From the NCBI RefSeq assembly GCF_003334335.1, contig NZ_QOWQ01000002.1: a stretch of 64,000 nucleotides of DNA; one strand, 5' to 3'. The notes under the pieces were generated by a model that saw only the letters and a list, made by a program, of their open reading frames with translations, made no database searches and was not told where the DNA came from. Shown one piece after another: positions 22,153 through 32,717 of the stretch (within the stretch, counting starts at the first letter, position 1; every line of letters starts with the position of its first letter). This DNA is from Escherichia coli. Lineage in GTDB: Bacteria; Pseudomonadota; Gammaproteobacteria; Enterobacterales; Enterobacteriaceae. The position numbers and the translations under genes were made by a program.

Positions 22153-23402
22153 ATGGATATAATGAGAAGTGTTGTGGGGATGGTGGTGTTACTGGCAATA
22201 GCATTTCTGTTGTCAGTGAATAAAAAGAGCATCAGTTTGCGCACGGTTGGAGCCGCACTGCTGCTGCAAATCGCTATTGGTGGCATCATGCTCTACTTCC
22301 CACCGGGAAAATGGGCAGTAGAACAGGCGGCATTAGGCGTTCATAAAGTGATGTCTTACAGTGATGCCGGTAGCGCCTTCATTTTTGGTTCGCTGGTTGG
22401 GCCGAAAATGGATGTCCTGTTTGACGGTGCGGGTTTTATCTTCGCCTTTCGCGTACTTCCGGCGATTATTTTCGTTACTGCGCTCATCAGTCTGCTGTAC
22501 TACATTGGCGTGATGGGGCTGCTGATTCGCATCCTTGGCAGCATTTTCCAGAAAGCCCTCAACATCAGCAAAATCGAATCTTTTGTTGCGGTTACTACTA
22601 TTTTCCTCGGGCAAAATGAGATCCCGGCGATCGTTAAACCGTTTATCGATCGCATGAATCGCAACGAGTTGTTTACCGCAATTTGTAGCGGGATGGCGTC
22701 CATTGCTGGTTCGATGATGATTGGTTATGCCGGAATGGGCGTACCAATTGACTACCTGTTAGCGGCATCGCTGATGGCGATCCCTGGCGGGATTTTGTTT
22801 GCACGTATTCTTAGCCCGGCAACCGAGCCTTCGCAGGTCACATTTGAAAATCTGTCGTTCAGCGAAACGCCGCCAAAAAGCTTTATCGAAGCGGCGGCGA
22901 GCGGTGCGATGACCGGGCTAAAAATCGCCGCGGTGTGGCGACGGTGGTAATGGCGTTTGTCGCAATTATTGCGCTGATCAACGGCATTATCGGCGGAATT
23001 GGCGGCTGGTTTGGTTTCGCCAATGCCTCTCTGGAAAGTATTTTTGGCTATGTGCTGGCACCGCTGGCGTGGATCATGGGTGTGGACTGGAGTGATGCCA
23101 ATCTTGCGGGTAGCCTGATTGGGCAGAAACTGGCGATTAACGAATTCGTCGCTTACCTGAGTTTCTCCCCATACCTGCAAACGGGCGGCACGCTGGAAGT
23201 GAAAACCATTGCGATTATCTCCTTTGCGCTTTGTGGTTTTGCTAACTTTGGTTCTATCGGTGTTGTCGTTGGCGCATTTTCGGCTATTTCGCCAAAACGC
23301 GCGCCGGAAATCGCCCAGCTTGGTTTACGGGCGCTGGCAGCAGCAACGCTTTCCAACCTGATGAGTGCGACTATTGCCGGGTTCTTTATTGGTCTGGCGT
23401 AA
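22153..23402 (+). pseudogene. psuT: NupC-family nucleoside (pseudouridine) transporter, disrupted by a -1 frameshift near 22927-22934
   Basis: Two consecutive ORFs (22153..22950 and 22935..23402) together align along the full length of the intact 416-aa paralogue NupX; frame changes at gccgcggtg where NupX has gccgcaggtg. Confidence 0.8.
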
Positions 23403-23412
23403 TGCTCGATTT

Positions 23413-23455
23413 GTAGACCGGATAAAACGTATTAAGCGTTGCATCCGGCAATCGC
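23413..23455. repeat. REP (repetitive extragenic palindrome) downstream of psuT
   Basis: tgtagaccggataaaacg...gcatccggca, REP consensus-like. Confidence 0.7.
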
Positions 23456-23472
23456 GCTATTGAAAATAATTT

Positions 23473-24132
23473 TTACTGCATCATCCCGGAGAATTTATTC
23501 TCCGGGTCCATCTCCAGCGCCAGTCCTGACAACTGCTTTCTGTTTTTAATGAGATACCCTTTCTTGCTTTTAATTAATAAACCGTCGTGAATGAACTGCG
23601 CGAGAACATATAAAAGATGTCGATAAGAAACGCCTAAATACTCTGCCGCTTGCGTATGCTTTTCGTGATAAAGATCACCTTCCTGCGAGAGTAATATAAA
23701 TGCTGCCAGGCGATTCACTAACGGAAATGATTGATTCTGAGTTAAAGAAACAATATTACGATAATTTTTATGACTTAAGGTGACGCAGAGTTTTCGTAAA
23801 AATAGCGTGTCGTTTAATAACAGCGGACGGTAATGTTTCATAGGGAGCGCAAGGCACCAACACTCTTCAATAGCCTGCACCGCACGCGGTTCATGGTCTT
23901 TATCGATTAACTCAATCTCGCCAATAAAACAGGGGGCGGCAAAGAAATCGATCAGCGACACGCGACCATTAGCTAGCGTGGCGTAAAGCCTGGCGCGGCC
24001 TCGCGTCAGGTAAAACAGCCAGGACGGCTGTTGCCCTTCCTGCACAATGTAGTCACGCGCTAAAAAATGAAACAGCCGCGTATCGGCTGAAACATCCGTT
24101 AAAAAGCAATCCTTAAACGCGGATTCACTCAT
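23473..24132 (-). CDS. yeiL: Crp/Fnr-family transcriptional regulator
   Basis: 219-aa product from internal Met ([10 protein letters not shown]) with C-terminal HTH typical of Crp/Fnr. Confidence 0.85.
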
Positions 24133-24300
24133 CAATTGCTGCTTAAGATCATTATTGTGGATTTCTTTCACGATGTTTATCCGCTATGAGATTTCTCATA
24201 TTTAGCATACGTACGCTGTTGTTAAGATTCAATCATCGGCCCGGTCGAATTTTCTTTGCTGTAGAAAAAATAACGCAACTGGAAACAGAGGAAATAAACA

Positions 24301-25242
24301 ATGGAAAAGAGAAAAATTATTCTGGATTGTGATCCGGGTCATGATGATGCTATTGCTATAATGATGGCGGCGAAACATCCGGCAATAGATTTATTAGGCA
24401 TCACTATTGTAGCGGGTAATCAGACGCTTGATAAAACATTAATTAATGGCCTGAATGTTTGCCAGAAACTGGAGATTAATGTTCCGGTTTATGCGGGGAT
24501 GCCGCAGCCCATTATGCGTCAACAAATCGTTGCCGATAATATTCACGGTGAAACCGGACTGGATGGCCCGGTATTCGAGCCGCTGACCCGCCAGGCAGAA
24601 AGCACTCATGCGGTGAAATATATCATTGATACCCTGATGGCAAGCGATGGCGATATCACTCTGGTGCCGGTTGGTCCGCTTTCAAATATCGCGGTGGCAA
24701 TGCGTATGCAACCCGCGATCCTGCCCAAAATCCGTGAAATTGTGCTAATGGGCGGCGCTTACGGTACAGGCAACTTCACGCCATCTGCCGAGTTCAACAT
24801 CTTTGCCGACCCGGAAGCCGCACGCGTAGTGTTCACCTCCGGCGTTCCATTAGTGATGATGGGCCTCGATCTCACCAACCAGACCGTTTGCACCCCGGAC
24901 GTGATTGCTCGGATGGAAAGGGCAGGCGGCCCCGCCGGAGAGCTGTTCAGCGACATCATGAACTTCACTCTCAAAACGCAGTTCGAAAACTACGGCCTTG
25001 CTGGCGGCCCGGTGCACGACGCCACCTGCATCGGTTATCTGATTAACCCTGATGGCATTAAAACCCAGGAGATGTACGTCGAAGTGGACGTCAACAGTGG
25101 CCCTTGCTATGGGCGTACCGTCTGCGACGAGCTGGGCGTTCTTGGCAAGCCCGCCAATACCAAAGTCGGCATCACTATTGATACAGACTGGTTCTGGGGA
25201 TTAGTCGAAGAGTGCGTGCGCGGCTACATCAAAACCCATTAA
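24301..25242 (+). CDS. rihB: Pyrimidine-specific ribonucleoside hydrolase
   Basis: 313-aa ORF with N-terminal DxDxxxDD nucleoside hydrolase motif ([12 protein letters not shown]). Confidence 0.93.
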   Translation: MEKRKIILDCDPGHDDAIAIMMAAKHPAIDLLGITIVAGNQTLDKTLINGLNVCQKLEINVPVYAGMPQPIMRQQIVADNIHGETGLDGPVFEPLTRQAESTHAVKYIIDTLMASDGDITLVPVGPLSNIAVAMRMQPAILPKIREIVLMGGAYGTGNFTPSAEFNIFADPEAARVVFTSGVPLVMMGLDLTNQTVCTPDVIARMERAGGPAGELFSDIMNFTLKTQFENYGLAGGPVHDATCIGYLINPDGIKTQEMYVEVDVNSGPCYGRTVCDELGVLGKPANTKVGITIDTDWFWGLVEECVRGYIKTH

Positions 25243-25341
25243 GTGTTGATAACAAGCCGGGCCGGTATCGCAAGATGCAGGCCTGGCTATTTCTGATGGG
25301 CAGAAAGCCGTCGCCCAATATGACATGAAGAGATAATCACT

Positions 25342-26592
25342 ATGGATGTCATGAGAAGTGTTCTGGGAATGGTGGTATTGCTGACGATTGCGTTTTTACT
25401 GTCAGTAAACAAGAAGAAGATCAGCCTGCGTACCGTTGGCGCGGCGTTAGTGTTACAGGTCGTGATTGGCGGCATTATGCTTTGGTTACCGCCAGGGCGT
25501 TGGGTCGCTGAAAAAGTCGCTTTTGGCGTGCATAAAGTGATGGCGTACAGCGACGCGGGTAGCGCATTTATCTTCGGTTCTCTGGTCGGACCGAAAATGG
25601 ATACCTTATTTGATGGTGCAGGATTTATCTTTGGTTTCAGGGTGTTACCGGCAATTATCTTCGTCACCGCGCTGGTGAGTATTCTCTACTACATCGGTGT
25701 GATGGGGATTTTAATTCGAATTCTCGGCGGTATCTTCCAGAAAGCATTAAATATCAGCAAGATCGAGTCATTCGTCGCGGTCACCACCATTTTCCTCGGG
25801 CAAAACGAAATTCCGGCAATCGTCAAACCCTTTATCGATCGTCTGAATCGCAATGAATTATTTACAGCGATTTGTAGTGGCATGGCCTCGATTGCTGGTT
25901 CGACAATGATTGGTTACGCCGCACTGGGCGTGCCTGTGGAATATCTGCTGGCGGCATCATTAATGGCGATCCCTGGCGGGATCTTGTTTGCCCGCCTGTT
26001 AAGCCCGGCAACGGAATCTTCGCAGGTTTCCTTTAATAACCTCTCTTTCACCGAAACACCGCCAAAAAGCATTATTGAAGCCGCTGCGACAGGGGCAATG
26101 ACCGGGCTGAAAATCGCCGCAGGTGTGGCAACAGTGGTGATGGCATTTGTTGCAATAATTGCGTTGATTAACGGTATTATCGGCGGCGTTGGTGGCTGGT
26201 TTGGTTTTGAACATGCCTCGCTGGAGTCCATTTTAGGTTACCTGCTGGCTCCACTGGCGTGGGTGATGGGTGTGGACTGGAGTGATGCGAATCTTGCCGG
26301 GAGTTTGATTGGACAGAAACTGGCAATAAATGAATTTGTCGCTTATCTCAATTTCTCACCCTATCTGCAAACGGCTGGCACTCTCGATGCTAAAACTGTG
26401 GCGATTATTTCCTTCGCGTTGTGCGGTTTCGCTAACTTTGGTTCTATCGGGGTGGTGGTGGGGGCGTTTTCTGCGGTTGCGCCACACCGTGCGCCGGAAA
26501 TCGCCCAGCTTGGTTTACGGGCGCTGGCGGCGGCGACGCTTTCCAACTTGATGAGTGCGACCATTGCCGGGTTCTTTATTGGTTTAGCTTGA
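25342..26592 (+). CDS. nupX: NupC-family nucleoside transporter
   Basis: Intact 416-aa polytopic membrane ORF; close paralogue of psuT. Confidence 0.92.
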   Translation: MDVMRSVLGMVVLLTIAFLLSVNKKKISLRTVGAALVLQVVIGGIMLWLPPGRWVAEKVAFGVHKVMAYSDAGSAFIFGSLVGPKMDTLFDGAGFIFGFRVLPAIIFVTALVSILYYIGVMGILIRILGGIFQKALNISKIESFVAVTTIFLGQNEIPAIVKPFIDRLNRNELFTAICSGMASIAGSTMIGYAALGVPVEYLLAASLMAIPGGILFARLLSPATESSQVSFNNLSFTETPPKSIIEAAATGAMTGLKIAAGVATVVMAFVAIIALINGIIGGVGGWFGFEHASLESILGYLLAPLAWVMGVDWSDANLAGSLIGQKLAINEFVAYLNFSPYLQTAGTLDAKTVAIISFALCGFANFGSIGVVVGAFSAVAPHRAPEIAQLGLRALAAATLSNLMSATIAGFFIGLA

Positions 26593-26599
26593 GTGTCAT

Positions 26600-26694
26600 T
26601 GCCTGATGCGCAAGCTTATCAGGCCTACATTTACTTGCTGAAATTGCCTGATTTGTAGGCCGGATAAGACGCGTTAAGCGTCGCATCCGGCAAC
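26600..26694. repeat. REP pair (BIME-like) between nupX and yeiI
   Basis: gcctgatgcgcaagcttatcaggcctaca and tgtaggccggataagacgcgttaagcgtcgcatccggc. Confidence 0.75.
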
Positions 26695-26698
26695 ATTG

Positions 26699-27787
26699 TT
26701 ACACCATTGGCACTAATGAAAGCGCGTTATCGGCAGACAGGGTAGGGTTGTTTAAGCTGCCGCTGGCGCGCGAAATTGCCGCGCAGGCTACCGCAAAACG
26801 GGCGCTGTCGCGGAAACTGTATCCTTCAAGAAAGCTATATACCAGGCCCGCCATAAAACCATCGTCAGCACCAAAACTGTCTACTGTCGTATGCGCTGGC
26901 GCGGTCAGCAAAAATTGTTCTCCATCCTTTTCGCTGCAATAAACTGACTCATCGGGCAAATAAACAAACAGTTGCTGAACACCTTGCTGATGCAATGCAT
27001 TCACTGCGGTATTACGGTCAGCATCGCTGGTGATCGCCTGTCCCCATAAAATTTCCAGCTCCGGTAAAGTGGGTTTCAGGGTGTGAATATGCGCCAGCCA
27101 GTGTTTGATTTTGCCCGCTTTGAATTCTGAAACGGTATCGACAAACACCGGGATTTCATCAGCGAGGGTAAAGACCCATTCCAGCGCCTCGGCTGTCAGG
27201 TTGCAATCAGCCAGTACCACGCCCGCATGACGAAGTAAATCGCGCGACCCGTTCAGTAGTTGCGGTGTCAACTGTTCCAGCAGATGGGTATCGTTAATCG
27301 CCAGCACGGTTTGATCGTCTCGATTGGCAATTGCCAGATACGTCGATGTGCTTTGACCATGCAAACGAACGCAGCCGGAGACATTCACGCCGGCACGGCG
27401 CGTTTCTTCCAGGAGCATTTCGCCATAAAAGTCATCGCCAATCACTGAAAGCAAATGGACGTCACGGCCTAACAGCGCCAGATTGTGGGCGATGTTGCGT
27501 CCCACGCCGCCCGCTGAGCAATGAATTGTACCGGGATGAGAAGCCGATTGCGGGTAACGGATATCCGCCATCCCGCGAATATCCATATTGATTGTCCCCA
27601 CCACTACGCAGTATTCCTGCTCGGTGAGAATGTAACCTTTGCCTTTAATCCGGCCTTTGCGCATTAAATCCATAATATGCGCCGCAACGCGCGAACGGCT
27701 GATTTGCAGCATGTCCGCAATTTCGTTCTGCTGAATCAGCGGGTTACGCCGTAAAATTGCAAGGATCTCCTTTTCCCGGTTATTCAT
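26699..27787 (-). CDS. yeiI: Sugar/nucleoside kinase (PfkB family) with N-terminal winged-helix HTH domain
   Basis: 362-aa ORF; N-terminal HTH (EILAILRRNPLIQQNEIADMLQISRSRV) fused to a PfkB domain that aligns by eye with PsuK (GGVGRNIA.NLALLG). Confidence 0.88.
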   Translation of the reverse strand: MNNREKEILAILRRNPLIQQNEIADMLQISRSRVAAHIMDLMRKGRIKGKGYILTEQEYCVVVGTINMDIRGMADIRYPQSASHPGTIHCSAGGVGRNIAHNLALLGRDVHLLSVIGDDFYGEMLLEETRRAGVNVSGCVRLHGQSTSTYLAIANRDDQTVLAINDTHLLEQLTPQLLNGSRDLLRHAGVVLADCNLTAEALEWVFTLADEIPVFVDTVSEFKAGKIKHWLAHIHTLKPTLPELEILWGQAITSDADRNTAVNALHQQGVQQLFVYLPDESVYCSEKDGEQFLLTAPAHTTVDSFGADDGFMAGLVYSFLEGYSFRDSARFAVACAAISRASGSLNNPTLSADNALSLVPMV

Positions 27788-27789
27788 CT

Positions 27790-28647
27790 TCAGGCTACCG
27801 CTTTTTCAGTTTGTTGCGCTTTCAGCCAGGCGATCTCTTCTGCCCAGATATCCGGGTTGATGGTTTCGAGGATCAGCGGAATGCCGTCGAAACGGTCGTC
27901 CTGCATGATCCAGCGGAACGCATCATGACCGATATTGCCTTCACCGAGGCTATGATGGCGGTCAACGCGGCTGCCAAAGGTGCTTTTCGCATCGTTAAGG
28001 TGCATCCCGCGCAGATACTTAAAGCCGACAGTACGGGCAAAATCCGCGAATGTTTTCTCGCATTCGGCTGGAGTACGCAAATCATACCCGGCAGCGAAAG
28101 CATGGCAGGTATCAATGCAGACGCCGACGCGGGATTTATCTTCCACGCCGTCGATAATCGCCGCGAGATGTTCGAATTTAAACCCTAAGTTACTGCCCTG
28201 ACCGGCGGTGTTTTCTATCACCGCTGTCACACCTTGAGTTTTATCCAGCGCAATGTTGATGGATTCGGCAATACGCGCAAGGCAATCCTCTTCTGAAATC
28301 TGCATCAGATGGCTGCCAGGGTGGAAGTTGAGCAAAGAAAGCCCCAGCTGTTCGCAACGCTGCATTTCATCTATAAAGGCATCGCGCGATTTTTCCAGAG
28401 CTTCAGTGACCGGATGTCCGAGGTTAATCAGATAACTGTCGTGGGGAAGAATTTGCGCCGATGTGTAGTGATATTTTTCACAGGCGGCTTTGAATTCATC
28501 GATGGTTTGCGTCGTGAGCGGTGCGGCACGCCACTGACGTTGGTTTTTGGTGAACAAGGCAAACGCGGTTGCGTCGATTTCGGCGGCGCGAATTGCGGCA
28601 TTTGCCAGACCGCCAGCAGCACTAACGTGCGCTCCAATGTATTTCAT
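27790..28647 (-). CDS. nfo: Endonuclease IV (AP endonuclease)
   Basis: 285-aa ORF with conserved His/Asp/Glu metal ligands of the Nfo TIM-barrel family. Confidence 0.93.
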
Positions 28648-28720
28648 GCGAGGACTCCTGTTAAACCCGCTGGAGGAAAACGGTAATGATAGCGGGTTAA
28701 CAGGAGCAAGATGTAGTGGT

Positions 28721-29770
28721 TTATGCGATGACGCTTTGAATCACATAGTTAATCGCACCACCACCAACAATCAGCCAGGCAAACAGTACCAGTGCCATCA
28801 GCAGAGGTTTCGCCCCAGCTTTTTTCAGCGCGCTGACGTGAGTGGTCAGACCCAGCGCCGCCATCGCCATTGCCAGCAGGAAGGTATCCAGCGTTACCAG
28901 CATGTTCACCACGCTCTGCGGTAACAGGTGGAACGAGTTAAAGATGGCAACTACGATGAACAAGATGGCAAACCACGGAATAGTGATTTTGCTTTTCTCG
29001 CCGCTGTTCGCCCCAGACAGCTGTTTAACACGCGCCGCCAGCAGGATGAGGAACGGAGCCAGCATCATCACGCGCAGCATTTTGGAAATAACTGCTGCGT
29101 TTTCCGCATCCGGGCTGATGGCATGACCTGCCGCCACCACCTGCGCCACTTCGTGCACAGTAGAACCAATGTAGATACCGAAAGTTTCCGGACTAAACCA
29201 TTGAGACATCAGCGGATATATCGCCGGGTAGAGGAAAATCGCGACGGTCCCGAAGATAACAACGGTTGCAACAGCCACGGTTACTTTACTGGCTTCCGCT
29301 TTCACTACCGGCTCAGTCGCCAGTACCGCGGCAGCACCACAGATACTGCTACCGGCACCGATCAACCAGCTGGTGTGCTTATCCAGACCAAACACTTTCT
29401 GCCCCAGGAAGCAAGCCAGCAGGAAGGTACTGGACAGCGTCAACACGTCAATGATGATCCCACTGATACCGACATCGGCAATTTGCGAGAACGTCAGACG
29501 GAAGCCATAAAGAATGATACCCAGACGTAATAAATATTGCTTGGCAAACAGCACACCACCGTCACAGCTTTTCCAGATGTGCGGATAGATGGTGTTGCCT
29601 AAAACCATCCCCAACAAGATTGCGAGGGTGAGGGCACTAAACCCGGCACCCGCAACCGCGGGAATGGAACCACCCCACAGGGCGACCCCGGTGATAACTG
29701 CACTCAGGGCTAACCCCGGAATAAAATGCCACAGTGTACGATGTTGTTTCTGTAAGGTGATATTCGTCAT
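28721..29770 (-). CDS. yeiH: UPF0324 family inner membrane protein
   Basis: 349-aa polytopic membrane ORF divergent from the LysR gene yeiE. Confidence 0.88.
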
Positions 29771-29868
29771 AACCCTCTCCTTTAACCGGGCATAAGGTTA
29801 CGACTAACTGGTTTAAAAATAAAATTGATTATATATTTATAATTAATCTTTATAAGTGGTAAGCGACT

Positions 29869-30750
29869 ATGCACATCACCCTCCGGCAGTTGGAAGTTTT
29901 TGCAGAAGTATTGAAAAGTGGATCAACCACCCAGGCGTCGGTGATGCTGGCGTTGTCGCAATCAGCAGTGAGCGCAGCCTTGACCGACCTGGAAGGGCAG
30001 CTTGGCGTGCAACTGTTTGATCGCGTGGGGAAAAGACTGGTTGTTAATGAACACGGGCGGCTGCTCTATCCGCGTGCGTTGGCATTGCTTGAACAGGCGG
30101 TTGAAATCGAACAACTGTTTCGCGAAGACAACGGCGCGATTCGTATCTATGCCAGTAGTACCATCGGTAACTACATTCTGCCTGCAGTTATCGCCCGTTA
30201 TCGCCATGATTATCCGCAGTTGCCGATTGAACTTAGCGTTGGGAATAGCCAGGACGTGATGCAAGCGGTGCTGGATTTCCGCGTTGATATTGGCTTTATT
30301 GAAGGACCGTGCCACAGCACTGAAATCATTTCTGAACCGTGGCTGGAAGACGAGCTGGTGGTTTTCGCCGCGCCGACTTCGCCGTTGGCCCGTGGTCCGG
30401 TCACCTTAGAACAGCTGGCCGCTGCGCCGTGGATCCTGCGTGAACGCGGTTCCGGCACGCGGGAGATTGTCGATTATCTGTTGCTGTCACATTTACCGAA
30501 GTTTGAGATGGCGATGGAATTAGGTAACTCCGAGGCAATCAAACATGCGGTGCGTCATGGGTTGGGAATTAGTTGCCTGTCGCGACGTGTGATTGAAGAT
30601 CAATTGCAGGCAGGCACATTAAGTGAAGTTGCGGTCCCTCTGCCGCGCCTGATGCGTACGTTGTGGCGTATACATCATCGGCAAAAACACCTTTCCAACG
30701 CGCTACGGCGCTTTCTGGACTATTGCGATCCCGCAAATGTGCCGCGTTAA
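29869..30750 (+). CDS. yeiE: LysR-family transcriptional regulator
   Basis: 293-aa ORF with N-terminal LysR HTH ([20 protein letters not shown]) and divergent arrangement with yeiH. Confidence 0.9.
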
Positions 30751-30954
30751 GTTGCTGTACAAGAACATGCTGGTGCTGTGTCGATTTCGTGACGCAGCGC
30801 CTTCAGCATGCATTCGCCAGAAAAGAGATTGGCTGCTTTACTTATAATCCCTGGGCGATCATGAAGGTGTCTTATAACCGTGTATTTCTGCCGGAAGGAT
30901 TGCCAATCGTCTGCTACAATCGCGCCTCATTTTTAAGATGGATAGCATTTTTGT

Positions 30955-32424
30955 ATGGTTTCCGAAACTAAAACCACAGAAGCGCCGGGCTTACGCCGTG
31001 AATTAAAGGCGCGTCACCTGACGATGATTGCCATTGGCGGTTCCATCGGTACAGGTCTTTTTGTTGCCTCTGGCGCAACGATTTCTCAGGCAGGTCCGGG
31101 CGGGGCATTGCTCTCGTATATGCTGATTGGCCTGATGGTTTACTTCCTGATGACCAGTCTCGGTGAACTGGCTGCATATATGCCGGTTTCCGGTTCGTTT
31201 GCCACTTACGGTCAGAACTATGTTGAAGAAGGCTTTGGCTTCGCGCTGGGCTGGAACTACTGGTACAACTGGGCGGTGACTATCGCCGTTGACCTGGTTG
31301 CAGCTCAGCTGGTCATGAGCTGGTGGTTCCCGGATACACCGGGCTGGATCTGGAGTGCGTTGTTCCTCGGCGTTATCTTCCTGCTGAACTACATCTCAGT
31401 TCGTGGCTTTGGTGAAGCGGAATACTGGTTCTCACTGATCAAAGTCACGACAGTTATTGTCTTTATCATCGTTGGCGTGCTGATGATTATCGGTATCTTC
31501 AAAGGCGCGCAGCCTGCGGGCTGGAGCAACTGGACAATCGGCGAAGCGCCGTTTGCTGGTGGTTTTGCGGCGATGATCGGCGTAGCTATGATTGTCGGCT
31601 TCTCTTTCCAGGGAACCGAGCTGATCGGTATTGCTGCAGGCGAGTCCGAAGATCCGGCGAAAAACATTCCACGCGCGGTACGTCAGGTGTTCTGGCGAAT
31701 CCTGTTGTTCTATGTGTTCGCGATCCTGATTATCAGCCTGATTATTCCGTACACCGATCCGAGCCTGCTGCGTAACGATGTTAAAGACATCAGCGTTAGT
31801 CCGTTCACCCTGGTGTTCCAGCACGCGGGTCTGCTCTCTGCGGCGGCGGTGATGAACGCAGTTATTCTGACGGCGGTGCTGTCAGCGGGTAACTCCGGTA
31901 TGTATGCGTCTACTCGTATGCTGTACACCCTGGCGTGTGACGGTAAAGCGCCGCGCATTTTCGCTAAACTGTCGCGTGGTGGCGTGCCGCGTAATGCGCT
32001 GTATGCGACGACGGTGATTGCCGGTCTGTGCTTCCTGACCTCCATGTTTGGCAACCAGACGGTATACCTGTGGCTGCTGAACACCTCCGGGATGACGGGT
32101 TTTATCGCCTGGCTGGGGATTGCCATTAGCCACTATCGCTTCCGTCGCGGTTACGTATTGCAGGGACACGACATTAACGATCTGCCGTACCGTTCAGGTT
32201 TCTTCCCACTGGGGCCGATCTTCGCATTCATTCTGTGTCTGATTATCACTTTGGGCCAGAACTACGAAGCGTTCCTGAAAGATACTATTGACTGGGGCGG
32301 CGTAGCGGCAACGTATATTGGTATCCCGCTGTTCCTGATTATTTGGTTCGGCTACAAGCTGATTAAAGGAACTCACTTCGTACGCTACAGCGAAATGAAG
32401 TTCCCGCAGAACGATAAGAAATAA
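30955..32424 (+). CDS. lysP: Lysine-specific permease, APC family
   Basis: 489-aa amino-acid permease ORF; rho-independent terminator immediately downstream. Confidence 0.95.
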   Translation: MVSETKTTEAPGLRRELKARHLTMIAIGGSIGTGLFVASGATISQAGPGGALLSYMLIGLMVYFLMTSLGELAAYMPVSGSFATYGQNYVEEGFGFALGWNYWYNWAVTIAVDLVAAQLVMSWWFPDTPGWIWSALFLGVIFLLNYISVRGFGEAEYWFSLIKVTTVIVFIIVGVLMIIGIFKGAQPAGWSNWTIGEAPFAGGFAAMIGVAMIVGFSFQGTELIGIAAGESEDPAKNIPRAVRQVFWRILLFYVFAILIISLIIPYTDPSLLRNDVKDISVSPFTLVFQHAGLLSAAAVMNAVILTAVLSAGNSGMYASTRMLYTLACDGKAPRIFAKLSRGGVPRNALYATTVIAGLCFLTSMFGNQTVYLWLLNTSGMTGFIAWLGIAISHYRFRRGYVLQGHDINDLPYRSGFFPLGPIFAFILCLIITLGQNYEAFLKDTIDWGGVAATYIGIPLFLIIWFGYKLIKGTHFVRYSEMKFPQNDKK

Positions 32425-32444
32425 GTTTCCTCCCTTCCTTGCTA

Positions 32445-32471
32445 AGCCCTCTCAACCGAGAGGGCTTTTTC
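32445..32471 (+). terminator. Rho-independent terminator of lysP
   Basis: 9-bp stem agccctctc / gagagggct with aacc loop followed by ttttt. Confidence 0.85.
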
Positions 32472-32516
32472 AATTCCATTTCCCTGACAAATCATGCGGA
32501 TATAAAATTTAACATT

Positions 32517-32550
32517 TGGATTGATAATTGTTATCGTTTGCATTATCGTT
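32517..32550. promoter_or_regulatory. Fur boxes in the cirA promoter
   Basis: tggattgataattgttatcgtttgcattatcgtt contains overlapping GATAAT / ATTATC hexamers matching the Fur consensus. Confidence 0.75.
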
Positions 32551-32717
32551 ACGCCGCAATCAAAAAAGGCTGACAAATCAGAGGCTGTTCCGGCTTTCTG
32601 GGATGATCACCTGCATAAAAAATAAGTCCACCGCGATGCTGCCGTACGCAAGGGGACGTGAAGAAGATGTGAGCGATAACCCATTTTATTTTCGTAGTTA
32701 CCTCATGGAGATATGGA

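Noticed and set aside
30663-30971. 102-aa plus-strand ORF spanning the yeiE 3' end and the lysP upstream region
   Set aside because: Overlaps the yeiE coding end in another frame and runs through the lysP promoter/leader; Cys/Arg-rich with no motif; likely spurious.
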